A stretch of 64,000 nucleotides of DNA from the human T2T-CHM13v2.0 reference genome, Homo sapiens, in assembly GCF_009914755.1 (NCBI RefSeq), contig NC_060939.1; one strand, given 5' to 3'. How positions within the stretch are numbered: position 1 is the first letter of the stretch; every line of letters begins with the position of its first letter. Under the pieces are notes generated by a model that saw only the letters and a list, made by a program, of their open reading frames with translations, did no database searches and was not told the DNA's origin. The translations under genes and the position numbers were made by a program. Below are positions 1-14,023 of the stretch, piece after piece.

Positions 1-164
1 TAGTCTAAAGAGAGTTCCCATTTACGGAGGCATCTCAGCTTGTAGTAACTAATTATGACAGCGACCACAGTGATGATAAGATTCCTGGTATTTTTATCCA
101 GCTGTGAGTTGGCAGTGTGATTTATACGTATCGTGATAGTTTTTAAAGCATTTTTCCGCACATT

Positions 165-310
165 TGACACTACAGTAACCCTGTGAGATGGGCGAGATGG
201 ATATGATCCCATATTATAGACGAGGCAAATTAAGATTTGGAGAAGTGAGATACTTGCCCTAAGTAAGAGGTATTGGAGCTGGGACTTCAAGGCACCAGGT
301 CATTTAACTG
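165..310 (-). mobile_element. MIR fragment
   Basis: cccatattatagacgaggcaaattaag...acttgccc resembles the reverse complement of the MIR core. Confidence 0.6.
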
Positions 311-597
311 CTTGGCCAGTTCTCTTCCTCTTGGCATTTGTCTTAGTTTCACGTTAAACCTTGTCTTCCACCTCTTCTGTCCTGGATGTCCCATAGTGAC
401 ATGGCTGTCTGAGTGGAGAATCCACTGCTTACCCCACCAGGCCTACCCCCCACTGTTTGTCACACCAGAGGGGCAGGAGCAGGTGTCTTGCCTCTTGACT
501 TTGGATAAGTAAGTGGTTTCTGGTACAGTTCCTGGTTCCCTGTATTGCCCTGACTCAAAAGGTAGATCCTTCAAATGCAAATTTAAAAAGAGGCACA

Positions 598-927
<330 letters not shown>

Positions 928-2984
928 TTATCAGCTCCAGAGAGATTCTTTTCCTTCCATTGGCAAAATCCAGGACTGTAGATCCAGTCACCTCCAAACC
1001 CATTCAGACGTCTTGGCCTTCCATTCTCAAATGCCCCCAATTCCTTTATGGGATCCTGTGAACTCAGGGTCTGTCCAAGCTCCCTCCAAGTCACATGAGC
1101 CTTCTCTGCTCTCTCAGAGAGCGTGGACGGTGAGCACAGAATTGCTTTTGTCTGATAAGCCTAGTTGGGTTTTATGCAGCTGGTGGCCCCTTGGTTCCAA
1201 TTAAAGGATCTTCCAGCATAAAGTGACCGGTACTGGTTTTACACTCAACCTGTCTTCAATTAAACCATGTTGTATACTTTCCCTCCCACTCACCCATACT
1301 GTCTGCTTTTTATGAGACCTGCCCATAACAGAGCCTTTCTTTCCCCGTGGCGGATTGTCCTCGGGGCCCTCGGCTGCTCGGGCTGTGACAAGGTATTGAG
1401 GAGAACTGAGAACCCAGCCGACACTGGAATTTTGCTTAAAATTAAGTATCCAGGAGATTGATTTTGGTCGGAGATCCAATAGCAGCTCATAAAAGGCATC
1501 TTAAATTCCATAAAACGCACAATCAGAGATTTATTGCTCTTCTAAAGCAAACCGTAAAAAAAGGCACAGGAATTCATTTGAGAAATAATGGGGAGAGATT
1601 TTATGTTTTCAGAATCATCTGGAGGTCTTCTTGGAGTCACACGGGCCTCAGCCTCTTCGTTCCCACTGGTATTCATGTGGCCTGACTCGGAGCTCATCTT
1701 CTAAGGGTCGTCTTGGCCCAAAGCCAGGGGGCCTCAGAGTCTCCCACCTGGAACCTGGTTTTGCAGCCGTCTTCCCCTGGCTACGCTCTGTGACTTGATT
1801 TCTACCCACCCCTAGGGTCTGCAGATCCCAGAGCTTCGGGAGAGGTTGTGGGTTCCTCTGTTTCAGTCTGGCCCTCCCTGCTGAAGGCACTGGGCACTTT
1901 CCCTTGGCCCTGGTGGGGGTTCTGAGCAGTGTGCCAAGCAGGCCTGGCTGCAGCTCACGAAGGAGGTAGAGCAGGCATGTTCTCAGCAGCATTCCTGCCT
2001 CTCACCCCCTCTCAGCCCTTCCCCAGTATCCCAGGGTATCCCACCAGTATTTCTTTTAGGCCTCTGGGGAGCCCTCTACCCTCTGGGGCAATCCCTCCCA
2101 CCCAGTCTCCATCAGAGCTCACCTGACCCTTGTCCTGGGCCCCAGCATCCTGCTTTTGGCCTCGCTGGCTAAAAACCATGCCATGCCAGGGTTCAAAGGC
2201 TGGCTGTGGCTTCATGTATTTTAAAAGGGCTTTCCAAAGAAAATGCCTTAACTCTAAGGAGTGGCTGGTGAAAGGTGGGGCGGGAACCCTCAGGGGCTGA
2301 TGGCTGTCCTCACTCCCACTCCAGAACCTGGGGGCGAGTAGGGCAATGTGGAAGTTTAGCAGACCTCATCCCACTGGCTCTGCCAATCTAGGGAGGGAGG
2401 CAGACACCTCCACCCCATGCCCAGCTCCCCTGCCAGTCCTCACTGCAGCCTTCTCTCTAAAACACACTGGCCGACACCACCGTCTCTGCCACTCGGTTTC
2501 CAGAATGAAAAGTCACAGTAAGCTCACCTAGAGTCCCCTGACTGTGCACAGCACTTTGGGGGTGAGCTGTGGGCTGGATTTCTAAAAGCCCATCCAGCCT
2601 CAACTGAAGCTGCCTACACAGCCCAAAAGCCGTGAATGTCTTCATGAGCCCCTTCTGGAGAGCTTCTTTCCTAGACTCTGGCTACAGCCAAAAGCCCACC
2701 AAGACCAAGCAGGAGCTGAGAGAGGCGGCCTGTGGGGGAGAAGGAGGCAGTCCCTTGCGTCGGAGGCAAGAAGAACAGCATCGTTGGCTCCCAAATGTCC
2801 TACTGCCTTCACTGCAGACGCCAGCTGAAGCTGCCCTTGCTCTCTGACCCAATTTCCACCAGATCTAAACGTTCATGCAGGCGGGCCCCGGGGTCCCAGA
2901 GGTCTGGACGGATGCTGCGAAGCCCCCATAGCAACGCACCTAATTCCTCACTCCTAAAATTGGTCCTTATCGTGTCCATTGCAG

Positions 2985-3058
2985 TTTCCAGCGCATTCCA
3001 GTTTGCTGGCGTGATTCACTGGATCAGCCTGGTCATTCTGTCCGTGTTCTTCTCAGAG
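2985..3058 (+). CDS. TMEM266: TMEM266 internal coding exon (S1-S2 linker and S2: (F)SSAFQFAGVIHWISLVILSVFFSE); upstream exons lie outside the window
   Basis: Acceptor ccattgcag|, donor GAG|gtaggt; 74 nt, phase 1 to 0; hydrophobic helix with the S2 F..E pattern; joins in frame with the following exons. Confidence 0.95.
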
Positions 3059-6000
3059 GTAGGTGGAGACTCTGGCCCTGTCACCTCCTCTGTTGGGTGA
3101 CTCCTGTCCTGGGGAAACCAAGGTCTACTTCTCGAAATGGTTTCTAGCATCAGGTCCCCTGCTAGCCCTTGAGGCTGCTGGGAGGGAGACACAATATAGA
3201 TAGATGATCTCTGCGGGGGGAAGTGGTACAGGGAGCCCAACCCAGCCAGGGGGGTTTGGCCCTAGCAGGTGATTCCTGGGAGGAACCCCAGTGGATGAGC
3301 AGGTGTTCTCCAGGTGAGGGGTGGGCGATGACTGGTGAAGGTGAGACTGAATGTGGCGTCGAGGGGCAGCCAGTGTTGGGTGCAGCCAGTAAGGAGCGGG
3401 CGGGAGGTGAGGCTGAAGCCAGGTGCCCACACAGGGAAGCTCTTGGGCCGCTGTGGCTGTGGTCTTGGGCCCACAGTTGGCCGGACCTTTGGGGCTGAAG
3501 CACGCAGTGGGTGGGGGAACGGGGTCACAGGGCCAGGCAGTGGACCTGACCTGGTCCTGCAGGGGCCCTGGGTCTGACAGGGCCGAAAGATGTGCCTCTC
3601 AGTGTGAGTGCGAGGCTGTATTTCCGAGGTGGGGGCTCAGGGAGCACGGATCGCCGTCAGCGTTGCTGGAGTCGGCTAGTAGAGACCAAGTGCGAATCTC
3701 TGTGGTGAGGGGAGGGGGAAAGTTTATGGAGATCCACAGGCCCCCGGGCTTGGTGCAGAAGCTGGCATGTCTGGGCAGCACATTCCTCTGTTTTTTCATG
3801 GCGGTGAGTGACACTTCCTTTGAGCAGTTCCCAGGCTGTCCCAGTGAGACTCTGGCCTGCATCTGGGTGTGGGAGGAATTGGCTTGGTCCTGCTGCAGGC
3901 AGGGTTTTATCCTGTCCCGTGCGCACTGGAGGGTCACTGAAGGACAGGAGAGTTTCATGTGGAAAACTGGTTTCTCCTAACAGAGCCTAGGACTGGCCCA
4001 AGTCAGCGGGCCACTGTGTCACTCTACCCTTGAGTGTCCCATCCCTGCTATGGGTACATATTAGCCCATGCAAAGTCCCGTGGGCCTTTCAGCATGGCTC
4101 AGGAAACCCTCAGGGAAAGGCAGGAACGAGGGAGGCACAGCACCTGCTGGGAACATACGCACATCTCACACCAACGGGAGCTGCTCTACCTGAGGCACAG
4201 GGGCTCTGGGACCCCGAGACGGGGGGCCTTGAAGGGAGGAAGGATGCTATGGGAGAGGGTGGCGTGGGCAGAGGCACTGAGGTGGGGAACCCCGGGAGTC
4301 AGGAGTCCCAGCATCCTCCTGTGTGTCCCCTCTGGCCTAGCTAATGGCTCTGCTCTCTCTCTCTCTCTCTCTCCCTAAAAATCAGGAGGGAGCTGGGCTT
4401 TGGGTCTTGAGTCCAGAATCCTGAGTCCGGGTGTGGGGTGTGGTGGGCCGGGCAGCAGGCATTCCAAGCATGGAACATTCCCTTTCCTGGGCCTCGCCTC
4501 CTACAGCCCACGGAGCTGGCTGGTGAGCCTGGGCCTGAGGCTCAGATGGAGGGGGCAGATCGCAGCACTGCCCTCCCAGAAGGGGTCCTAACCACCTCCC
4601 TGAGACCATTGCCCTGGAGGTGCCTCTGCCCCGCAGAGCAGAGTGCCTGCTCCCCAGCTTACAGCCCCCATGTGGGTCTTGCCCTCCCTGGCCTCTTGTC
4701 TCTGCCCGGCCAGGATTCCCTCCCGCAAACACATGGGCCGTGGCCAGATGTCTCCTTGATGCAAACCTTGGAAAATGTGCCATGTGTCTGTGACTGCCAA
4801 CAAAAATGTTTAATCAGTTGCTGCGGTTCTTCCCCTCTATCCCTCTGCTTTAGTTTTATTGGCTTTTGCAGAATTTATTGCCCAGTGTTAATTTGGCATT
4901 CCCTTCCTGTCACTGCCGGAGACAAGCCACCTGAAACAGACAAACCCCTGTGCACAGGAATCGCAGCCTCAGAGTCCCCCATAGGCACCCCCAAACCAGG
5001 GAAGGGCTGGGTCCTCCCACAGCTGAGCGGGGAGAGCAGGGTCTGCAGGAGACTGGGGAGGAAGGGCTGGCTCCGTTACCTTGACCTTGTCAAAGATGGT
5101 GAGGGGGTGGAGCCAGGCCGCCGGTAGCAGGGGCCACCCCTGCCAGTGTCCAGCGTGAATGGAGGGCCGGTGCATGGAGATCGAGTGACGAATGAATGAG
5201 GCACAGAACCTGCGGGAATACACACACAGCTCACACCACACTAGCAAGCACAGATTTCCATGGTCTTGCTGCGTGCCCGTAAGAACCATGTCAGAACCTT
5301 GTTACTAGAAGGGTCTCATGGAGGTCTCCTGCCTCCAGACAGCTTGGAAACATGCGACCATGTCTGTGCCCCTCACAATGACTGGGATGCCCAGTAGGAA
5401 GGGCCAGGAGAGCTCAGTGTCCGTCAGTGGTGGGTCAGCCTGTGTGTTTGCCCACCATACCAGTGGCGTCCTTTCAAAATACTGCACAGACAAGGAGAGC
5501 AGCTTAGGGTTATGCGGCCAGTTAAGATCAAAACTGGACCTAGGGCTCTGGGCACCTAAGCTGGTCTCTTGCCCCTGACTGCATCCTTTGGAGGCCCTGA
5601 AGCTGGCAGGGTGGGCAGGGACCAGGGGTCTCTGGGAAGGACCTGAGAAAGAAAGTCCGACCGAGTGATCACTCAGACCACAGACCCAGGACGACTGGCA
5701 CCCCCTCCTCAGCTGGGAGAAATGAGTACCACGTCTTCAGGTCTGCCAGTTCTTTCCTGGTTAATACCCAGGGATGTGGCTGTGGGCCGAGGGTGGGGCA
5801 GCACTCCGAGCCTCCTTGGCCTTAGGGAGTGGGCATTACTCCACAGGAAATTCCAAGAAGGTCACCCCACCGGGGCTCCTGCTGTCCTGGAGCCCTGGGC
5901 CTGTCCTGAACAGTTCTCCACCCCTCCTCTCAGCTGAGCCTTAGGACAGTCCTGGAAGGTGGGTAGGACATTTTATGAGTTGTGAAACTGAGGCCTGGAG

Positions 6001-6781
6001 AGGTGCGGAAACCTGCCCAGGGCCTGCAGGAATGGCAGGTGGGCCCAAGTGCAGGCCTCTGGGTGGGTGAGCGGGCCTCTGCCCCGGCCTTTGCCCACCC
6101 TGGAGCTCTGCAGGCTGCTCTGGGAAGATGGGCTACTTTGCTCTGTGCTGGCCCCAGGCCATAGAGCTAGGCCCAGAGAAGGGGAGTGTGAGGCTGGTTT
6201 GGGCTCCGTTTGAGGACATCTGTTCAAATGGGCCAAGCTGTTTGACAGTGAGACAGATGCTCTCAAAGCAGTGAGAGTGGGTGCCCCTCATCAGGCAGGC
6301 TGTGCAGGGGTCCCTGCACAGGGTCCAAGGTGAGACTGGATGCCCATGAGACTTCCTGGGCCCCAGTCTTCCAGGTCACGCAGGGTCACTGCGCTTCACG
6401 TGGCCCTGCAGCACCAAGAATATGCAGGGCCTTGCAATCCAGATGGAGAATTGTGCAAACGTTCCTCCAAAGCGCAGCCCCGCCCTTGGCTGAGGCCAGG
6501 CCCAGCTGGCCACTTGGAACTGGGAAGCCTGCTGCTCCTCCCCCGAGACTGCAGGAGTCCTTGGGGCCTCCTGGCCAAGGCCAGGCCACCCTGCAGCAGG
6601 GCCCAGTGCAGGCTGTGGGGTGTTGGTCGCATCCCTGGGGTCTGGAAAGGCCCAGGCAGCCCCAGCTCTTTCCCTGGGAGAAGAGAAAGCGGAGCCGCGG
6701 CTGGCCTTCTAGACAGGAGCCTCAGGCAGTGGTGGCAGCAGCTACTGACTCTCCTCTCCCTCTCTTCCTCCTCCTTCTGTT

Positions 6782-7098
6782 GAGGTGAAATTCTCTTCAC
6801 ATAACCCTTTTACAGTGGACAATTCCGTGGCATTTAGTACCCACACGGTGATGTGCAGCCGTCACTTCTACCTGATTCCAAAGCACTTTCATCACCCTCA
6901 AAAGGAGACCCCATTCCCAGTAGCAGTCACTCCCCCTGCCCCCTATACGGCCGCCCTGCCAGCTAGTAATCTGCTTTTGTCTCTGTGAACTTAACTCTTC
7001 CGGATATTTCATGTAAACAAAATCTTACAGTGTGTAGTCTTTTGTGACTGCGGCTTTTAGCATGTTTTCTCGGTTCATCCACGATGTAGCACAGCACA
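6782..7098 (-). mobile_element. L1M (L1MB-like) 3'-end fragment
   Basis: acaattccgtggcatttagtac...ttttgtctctgtgaac...ggttcatccacgatgtagca, typical of a reverse L1MB 3' end. Confidence 0.7.
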
Positions 7099-7399
<301 letters not shown>

Positions 7400-8809
7400 C
7401 CAATTTTTCTTCTCCTCACCAGTGTGAGACTGGTGACAGTGTCAGCTACCACACAGATCTTCACATTTCTTACTTTGGCCTTGTAGTTGGATCCTGGAAT
7501 CCACGTCTTCCTCTTGCCATTGTAGTTTAACCCCAGGGAAAATTTGTCCAAGAGCAGATCTGCTTCTTAAGGAAGTGCCAGGGGTCAGCCAGCAGTGCCT
7601 GGTACCCATGGTGGCTGTTCCTTAGACCAGCCTGCTCCCCTGAGCCACGCACCACCCTACGCCCCCAACCCACTGCCGACAGTGTTGGGTGGCCGCGGGC
7701 TTGGGGGTAGACACGGCTGCTCCCTTCTCCCTGGCTGGCGGGCCCCACATGGGGATGGCTCTGCAGGGCACAGGGGTGTCCAGCCCCCATTCTGCTCACT
7801 AAGAGGTGATCTGGGGATCTCCCTCTGCCTTTTAAAAATTTGCACAAAGCCAGCTTATAGACTAACAGCTACTTCTGCCTACATCTCCTAAGGTTTCCAA
7901 ACTCTGGCAGCCTCATCAGGCCCCTCCCCAGGGAAAGACGCTGATTCTGCTGAGGGGAGGGCCTCGGTCTCAGGCAGCAGGAAGGGGCAGGAGCCCTTTC
8001 TGCCATTTGGCTGAGGCAGGGCCTGGACCAGGTGCAAGGCTTGGGATTTCCCACTCTCCCCTCCTGCAGCCTGAAGCCTGGACCCCTTCCTTCAGAGAAG
8101 TCAGCTTTTGCTTCCCTTGGAAGAGATGAGGGGAGTCCCTTCTTGAGAGCAGGGCTTGACCAGGAGCAGAAGATGAGGGCACCTGAGGCGGAAGGCAAGA
8201 GGGGTCCAGGGACCAGAAGGTTCACTTGCCACTCTTCGCACCTCAGTTTCTGCATCTCTCAAATGGTATAAAAACTTTGCTCATAATACTCAATAAATGG
8301 CACCATCCTTGAGTGTTTGCCAAGGCTGTAGCCTACACTGCTTATCAGAGCAGCCTCCTGAAGGCAAAACTGGGATAAAGGAGGCTGAAAACCCTTCGCT
8401 CCAGGTGGGAAAGGAGGAGGCTGAAGCTGGGGATTCCAGCTCCTCAGATGCTCCTTCAAAGGCCTTTGCAACTTTTAGGGGCCAGTATTGCAAGGCCACG
8501 GCCCTGGGGCTGGGGCTGGGGCTATGGCTGGGGGTGGGGCAATCCCTCATCGTCACCCTGCTTTTTTAGTGAGCCGTGTGCCTCGCTGAGCTCTGGAGCA
8601 GCTCTGAAGGTGGCCGCATGAGGGGCGTGGATCTGCTTTCAGTCCAGATCTGTCCAGAGATCCGGCCAGTGTCAGGTGGTTAGTAAGGAATGATCGGAGC
8701 CAGAAAGAGGACTAGACTCTTGACTCCCCATCTAACACCCTTTCTCGTTATTGCTTGTGGGCCTGTGGTCTCCTGTTGTAACCCGGGGCAGGGTCGCCTC
8801 ACACATCCC

Positions 8810-8980
8810 TGCGGTTCCGTCGGGTGCTCCGGGGGAGTTTGTTTAAAAAGCATATTCCGGGGCTTGTGCCCAGAGTTTCTGATATCCTGGCTGTCCACGA
8901 GAGTCCAGGAATCTGCGTTTCACGTAAACCCCCCGATGCTGCTTAAGCGGGGAGTCCTTGGCTGCACATTGAGAAGCACA
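8810..8980. mobile_element. MER5-like hAT-Charlie fragment
   Basis: cccagagtttctgat...ccaggaatctgcgttt...cacattgagaagcac resembles MER5A/B. Confidence 0.55.
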
Positions 8981-9611
8981 GGCAGTCCGTGGGTTAGTCC
9001 AGCGCGTGTTTTCGGAGGTGTTAAGACTATACTCAGTCTGTGCGGGGCAGGGCAGTGAGGTTCTGTCCCTGCCTCCGTGGACAGTGGGTCTCGGCAAAGG
9101 TGTCTGGGGAGGGGAAGGATGCTGCGGGGGGGAAAAGCCAGCAGGTGGGGTGTATCAGAGCCAGGGTCACTCTGGCCTTGACCCTGACCTGGAGCCACCG
9201 CTTCCCCATCTCTAGCAGGAGGCCTGGCTGGGAGGTGTTTCCCAAGCCCTCTCCACAGCGGCCTCTTGCTATTCTGTTTCCATGGGCTGAGCTAAGAAGG
9301 AAAGGCTCCCAGAAGAGTGGGGCTCAAGCCAGGCCTCCGAGGATGGGTCCCCTGCGGATGGGCCAGCACAGAGGGAAGGCAGCGGCTGGGATTCTAGCTG
9401 TTTCACCTGCTTCCCTGGCACTGCTCTGGTTCATAAAACCATTCAGCCCCTTTCCTTCCCGGGGCACAGAGGCTCTGGGAGCGCTGTCTGCTGCCTCCTC
9501 TTCCTGCTCAACTTCTGCTGGCTGAGTCCCACCCTGGCCGGCTCCCTCCACCCCTCACTCCTGGGCCTCTGCCTTTTCAGCTAAGAAGAGTGTTGTTTCT
9601 AAAGAAGCATG

Positions 9612-9860
9612 ATGATTCCTCTTATTTGAGGATCCTAAAGGAGTCAGATTCATAGAGACAGAAAGTAGAATGGGGAGAGGTAGAATAGGGAGTTACTGTT
9701 CAGCGGGTACAGAGTTTCAGTTTGGGAAGGTGAGAAAGCTCTAAAGGTGCATGGTGGTGATGGCTGCACAGCAGTGTGAATGTACTTAACACACTTGGAC
9801 ACTTCAAAATTGTTAAGATGGTGTGTTTTGTGTTATGTGTATTTTACCACCATTTTAAAA
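9612..9860 (+). mobile_element. L1M (L1MB-like) 3' end
   Basis: ttcatagagacagaaagtagaatgg...gggtacagagtttcagtttggga...atgtgtattttaccac. Confidence 0.8.
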
Positions 9861-10080
9861 GGAGAAGAAGGGGGAGGAAGAGGAGGAGCGGCTGCCATAG
9901 CAGAAATTATATTTGCACCAGGCCGTATTCCCATCTTCCCAGCCTGGACTTTTGTCTTGGACACCCCAGAATTGAGAGTTCAGGATAGATATGGCTATTG
10001 TAGCATTTCAGAGGAGACAAACACTAAGTTTCAATCTCAGCACAATTACAGGGGTTGGGCAGCAACAAAAGAAACCATAT

Positions 10081-10691
<611 letters not shown>

Positions 10692-11539
10692 TTGTTACAT
10701 GGTGTTCTTACACAGCTGAGTACACTCTGCAGAACCAGAAACCTCTGGGTCCAAATGTTACCTTCATTCCTGATGGTTGTGTGGCTATGGGCAGCTTCCT
10801 TAACTTCTCTGACCCTTTCTGTAAAATGGGAATCACATGTTAGAAGGGCTGGCCCAGGGTCTGGCATTCACAGACATATAGTAGATGGCAGATATTATTC
10901 TCATAAATAGGAAGGATTATAACATGTAACCCACCTCTCTGGCAGAAGGAGAAACTGAGGCCCAGGGACGGGATTTGACTTGCCCAAGGCCACACAACCA
11001 GCCCATTATTGAGCTCTGATCTCAAGACATTGTGGCCACCCCACCCAGATCTCTCCCCACCCCTGCAAGCTGTCTCGCAGTTAAGCGTGGGGCCACCCAC
11101 CCAGAGACCGGGAAGTTATAGCGGAGCGGACTTCGGGCTGCCACATGCTCCTCTCTCTACTCAGAGAAGGCAACATGACTGTCCCCCACAAGCATTCACC
11201 TTCCCATCCCTTCACAGAAATCAAGATTGTCCTTCACGAGAAAGAGCTGGATTTTACCAGCCAAGCCTTTCTGTGGCATAACAGCTGTGGGTGATGATCC
11301 TCCAGGCAGCTTCGCAGAGTTCAGAAGGCTAGGCTTGTACTACAGGCATGCGGGAGAGGGGCACCATCTGGTGTGAATCACCGTGAATTAAAGTCATCTT
11401 GGCTCAAGGAAGAGCCTGCAGACAAATGCACCGGCATCTTACGAGACCAGCATTTAGGGGCTTCTTTGGAGAAAGATGTCCTCTTGGTGAGGAAACCGCT
11501 CCTGAAGGCAGCACCATTCGGGAATTATTCCTTCATGCA

Positions 11540-11800
11540 CGCATTGTTCATCTGTCCACAGTGCATAATCGCCTGGTGGCTACTGTATGCCAGGTGTTAG
11601 GGATAAAAGAGAGACAGCAGACCAGGTCCCTTGAGCCTCCACTGGGGGATGGGGAGGGAATCAGCACAAGGTACAAGGCAGTGCTGTGGAGGGTGACGCC
11701 CAGAAACCATAGGAACACCCAGGAAGGAGGCACCAGCTGAGCCGGGGAGTGTGCAAGAGCTTCATGGAGGTGACGTTCAAGCCAGAAGGACAGGAAGGGG
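11540..11800 (-). mobile_element. L2 fragment
   Basis: ctactgtatgccaggtgttagggata...acagcagaccaggtccct, an L2 3'-end signature. Confidence 0.55.
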
Positions 11801-11814
11801 AAAGCCCTGCTGGC

Positions 11815-12200
11815 TTAGGCACAGGCCAAGCTGCTGTTACAAGAAAACCAAAATACAGGGGCTTAAACAAGGCAAGGTCCATTTCTCTCTCACGGAAAAA
11901 CACATTAAGTGGATAGGTAAGGCTTGGGGTTGTTGGGGACCCAGCAGGCTTTTGTCTTGCGGCCTGGCCCTCCTTGGTTGAAGATGGCACACCATCACAC
12001 TTATGCACCCAATTCTGGGCCTTGGGAAGACGGAAGGAGGAAGAGGAGCCTAATTCATTTAAGGGCACAACCTAAAAGTTGTACTGGGTGCTTCTGCTTG
12101 CTACCCATTGGCCAGAATGTAGTCACAAGGCCACTCCCAGATGCAAGGAGGGCTGGGAAATGTAGTCTTTAGTTGGGTGGCCATGCTGGAGCTTCAGTTA
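11815..12200. mobile_element. MLT1-family MaLR LTR
   Basis: ggcttaaacaag...atttctctctcac and cccattggccagaatgtagtcacaaggcc...gctgggaaatgtagtctttag. Confidence 0.7.
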
Positions 12201-12708
12201 TTGTACAAGAAGGAGGGAGGAGATTTGGGGTCGGGGAGTGGAGAAGGGAGTCAACTGCGTTTTTGCCACATGCAAAGACAAGGCCATGAGAGAGAGAGCT
12301 TGTATATTTGAAGATTCGTAAGTGGTTTGCAGCATGACAGGAGTGGCAAAAGATGACACAGGAGAGGCAGGCAAGGTCCTAAGTATCCTTCCAAGGGATA
12401 TGAGTGTATTCTGTATGTACAGGGAGCACTGAAAATGGCATCAGCAGTGCCCAGGGGATGGCACAGAGATGTGGGGTCTGAGCCTGCAGGCAGAGGAACC
12501 AGCAGGAGGCACGGCCACCACGAAGGCTGGAGCTGGGGCACTGGCAGTGGGAGTGGAGAGGGCACAGGGGCCAAGGAATGCTTAGTGGATGGCGGAGACC
12601 TTTTCCTTTTACTGAATGCAGAAGCAGAGCTCTGAGTGCTGAGCTCTGGAATCTTCTCGGCTGGAGGAAGACCTGGAGAATAACCACTTTCTCACTTCCT
12701 TTCCTCAG

Positions 12709-12765
12709 ACTGTTCTACGGATTGTGGTGCTTGGGATCTGGGATTACATCGAAAACAAAATAGAG
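12709..12765 (+). CDS. TMEM266: TMEM266 coding exon (TVLRIVVLGIWDYIENKIE)
   Basis: Acceptor ttcctttcctcag|, donor GAG|gtaaag; 57 nt, phase 0-0; continues S2 and the S2-S3 linker. Confidence 0.95.
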
Positions 12766-13285
12766 GTAAAGACCAATGTCCACCCCCAAAGCCCCCACTC
12801 TGCCATCCTGGAAGCTGGAAAACGTCATGTCCCATCCATTCCAGGGTGGACACCATCAAGAAGGCTGGTTCCTTCTCCCACTTGACCTCTGTGGCTGTGC
12901 ATGTTGGGTGGGGCAGGGAGGGGGAACTGAGACTGTTTCCAGCAAAGGAATGTTCTGAAACATTCATTTAGAATGTTAAAAGGAATGCAGAACTCCTTGA
13001 AGTTCTGCAAAATTTTACAATTTGAATCAATTTGAAAGCTTTTGAAATGTGTTTTAAAACAAATAAATCCACCCTAAATGGAAAGCTGAGCGGGAAACTG
13101 TCAACGTGCTTCTCAGGCTGGGTTTTCGTTCTGCTTCCCGCCACACGGGTGGGTGTGGTGGGTGGGATGAGGTCAGGGAGGCCTGGCTGTCGCTGGCAGT
13201 GTTGTGCACACAGACAAGGCAAGGCGGTCAGATCTGCTGCCCACTCCTTCCTCACCTCTCCATCTATATTTCAGCCTCTTTGGCT

Positions 13286-13326
13286 CAGTGCTGGGATCTG
13301 ACACAGTGCTGGGATCTGACACAGTG
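13286..13326 (+). repeat. Perfect 18-bp tandem repeat (cagtgctgggatctgaca) x2.3
   Basis: Read directly from the sequence. Confidence 0.9.
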
Positions 13327-13884
13327 GGCCTGGCCGATGGATGGCTCAGAACACGGCCAGGCTGGGGCAGGCGGACGGAAGGGCAGGGCCCAGGGCTTCA
13401 TTGTGCAGGCTGGGCCCACTTCTCACCTAGCCCTGCCCCGCTGGAGAGTTAGAGACTCTGCACTGGACACAGCTGAGATGCGGGTTCCGGGCTCCTGTTC
13501 CCCTCGGGGAAGGAGGCACCCTGAGCCTGCCTTCAGCCCCTGCCCTGCCAGGGAGGGATCCAGCTTGGCCTCTGCCCAGGGCCTGGGATACAGGATGCAG
13601 GCCCTATCTTGAGAAGGGGCAAGACAGCCCAAGGCCATCTGAACTAAGGGCTGGAGATGGGCTGAGGTCACTTGGAGGACAGAGTGCATTCAGGAGAACG
13701 TCTAGGAGGAGGAGGCCCCTAAAGACTCAGGAGGGTCAGGAGGGGCCACCCGGGGTGGGGTGGCCTTCTGGTGGGGGCCCGGGCTGCTGGAAAAGTTGGG
13801 CAGCACCAGCTGCTTTGCCTGACTGACCCCTGGTCCCGGACACACGGCAGGGCCCAGGGCACTGAAATGGGCCTCCTCTCACAG

Positions 13885-14023
13885 GTGTTTGACGGGGCTG
13901 TGATCATCCTATCTTTGGCTCCGATGGTGGCATCCACTGTGGCCAATGGACCCAGGAGCCCCTGGGACGCCATCAGCCTCATCATCATGCTCCGGATCTG
14001 GAGGGTGAAGAGGGTCATTGATG
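13885..14023 (+). CDS. TMEM266: TMEM266 coding exon encoding S3-S4 (VFDGAVIILSLAPMVASTVANGPRSPWDAISLIIMLRIWRVKRVID)
   Basis: Acceptor ctctcacag|, donor ATG|gtgagt; 139 nt; S3 'FD' motif and S4 RxWRxxR motif as in Hv1-family voltage sensors. Confidence 0.97.
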
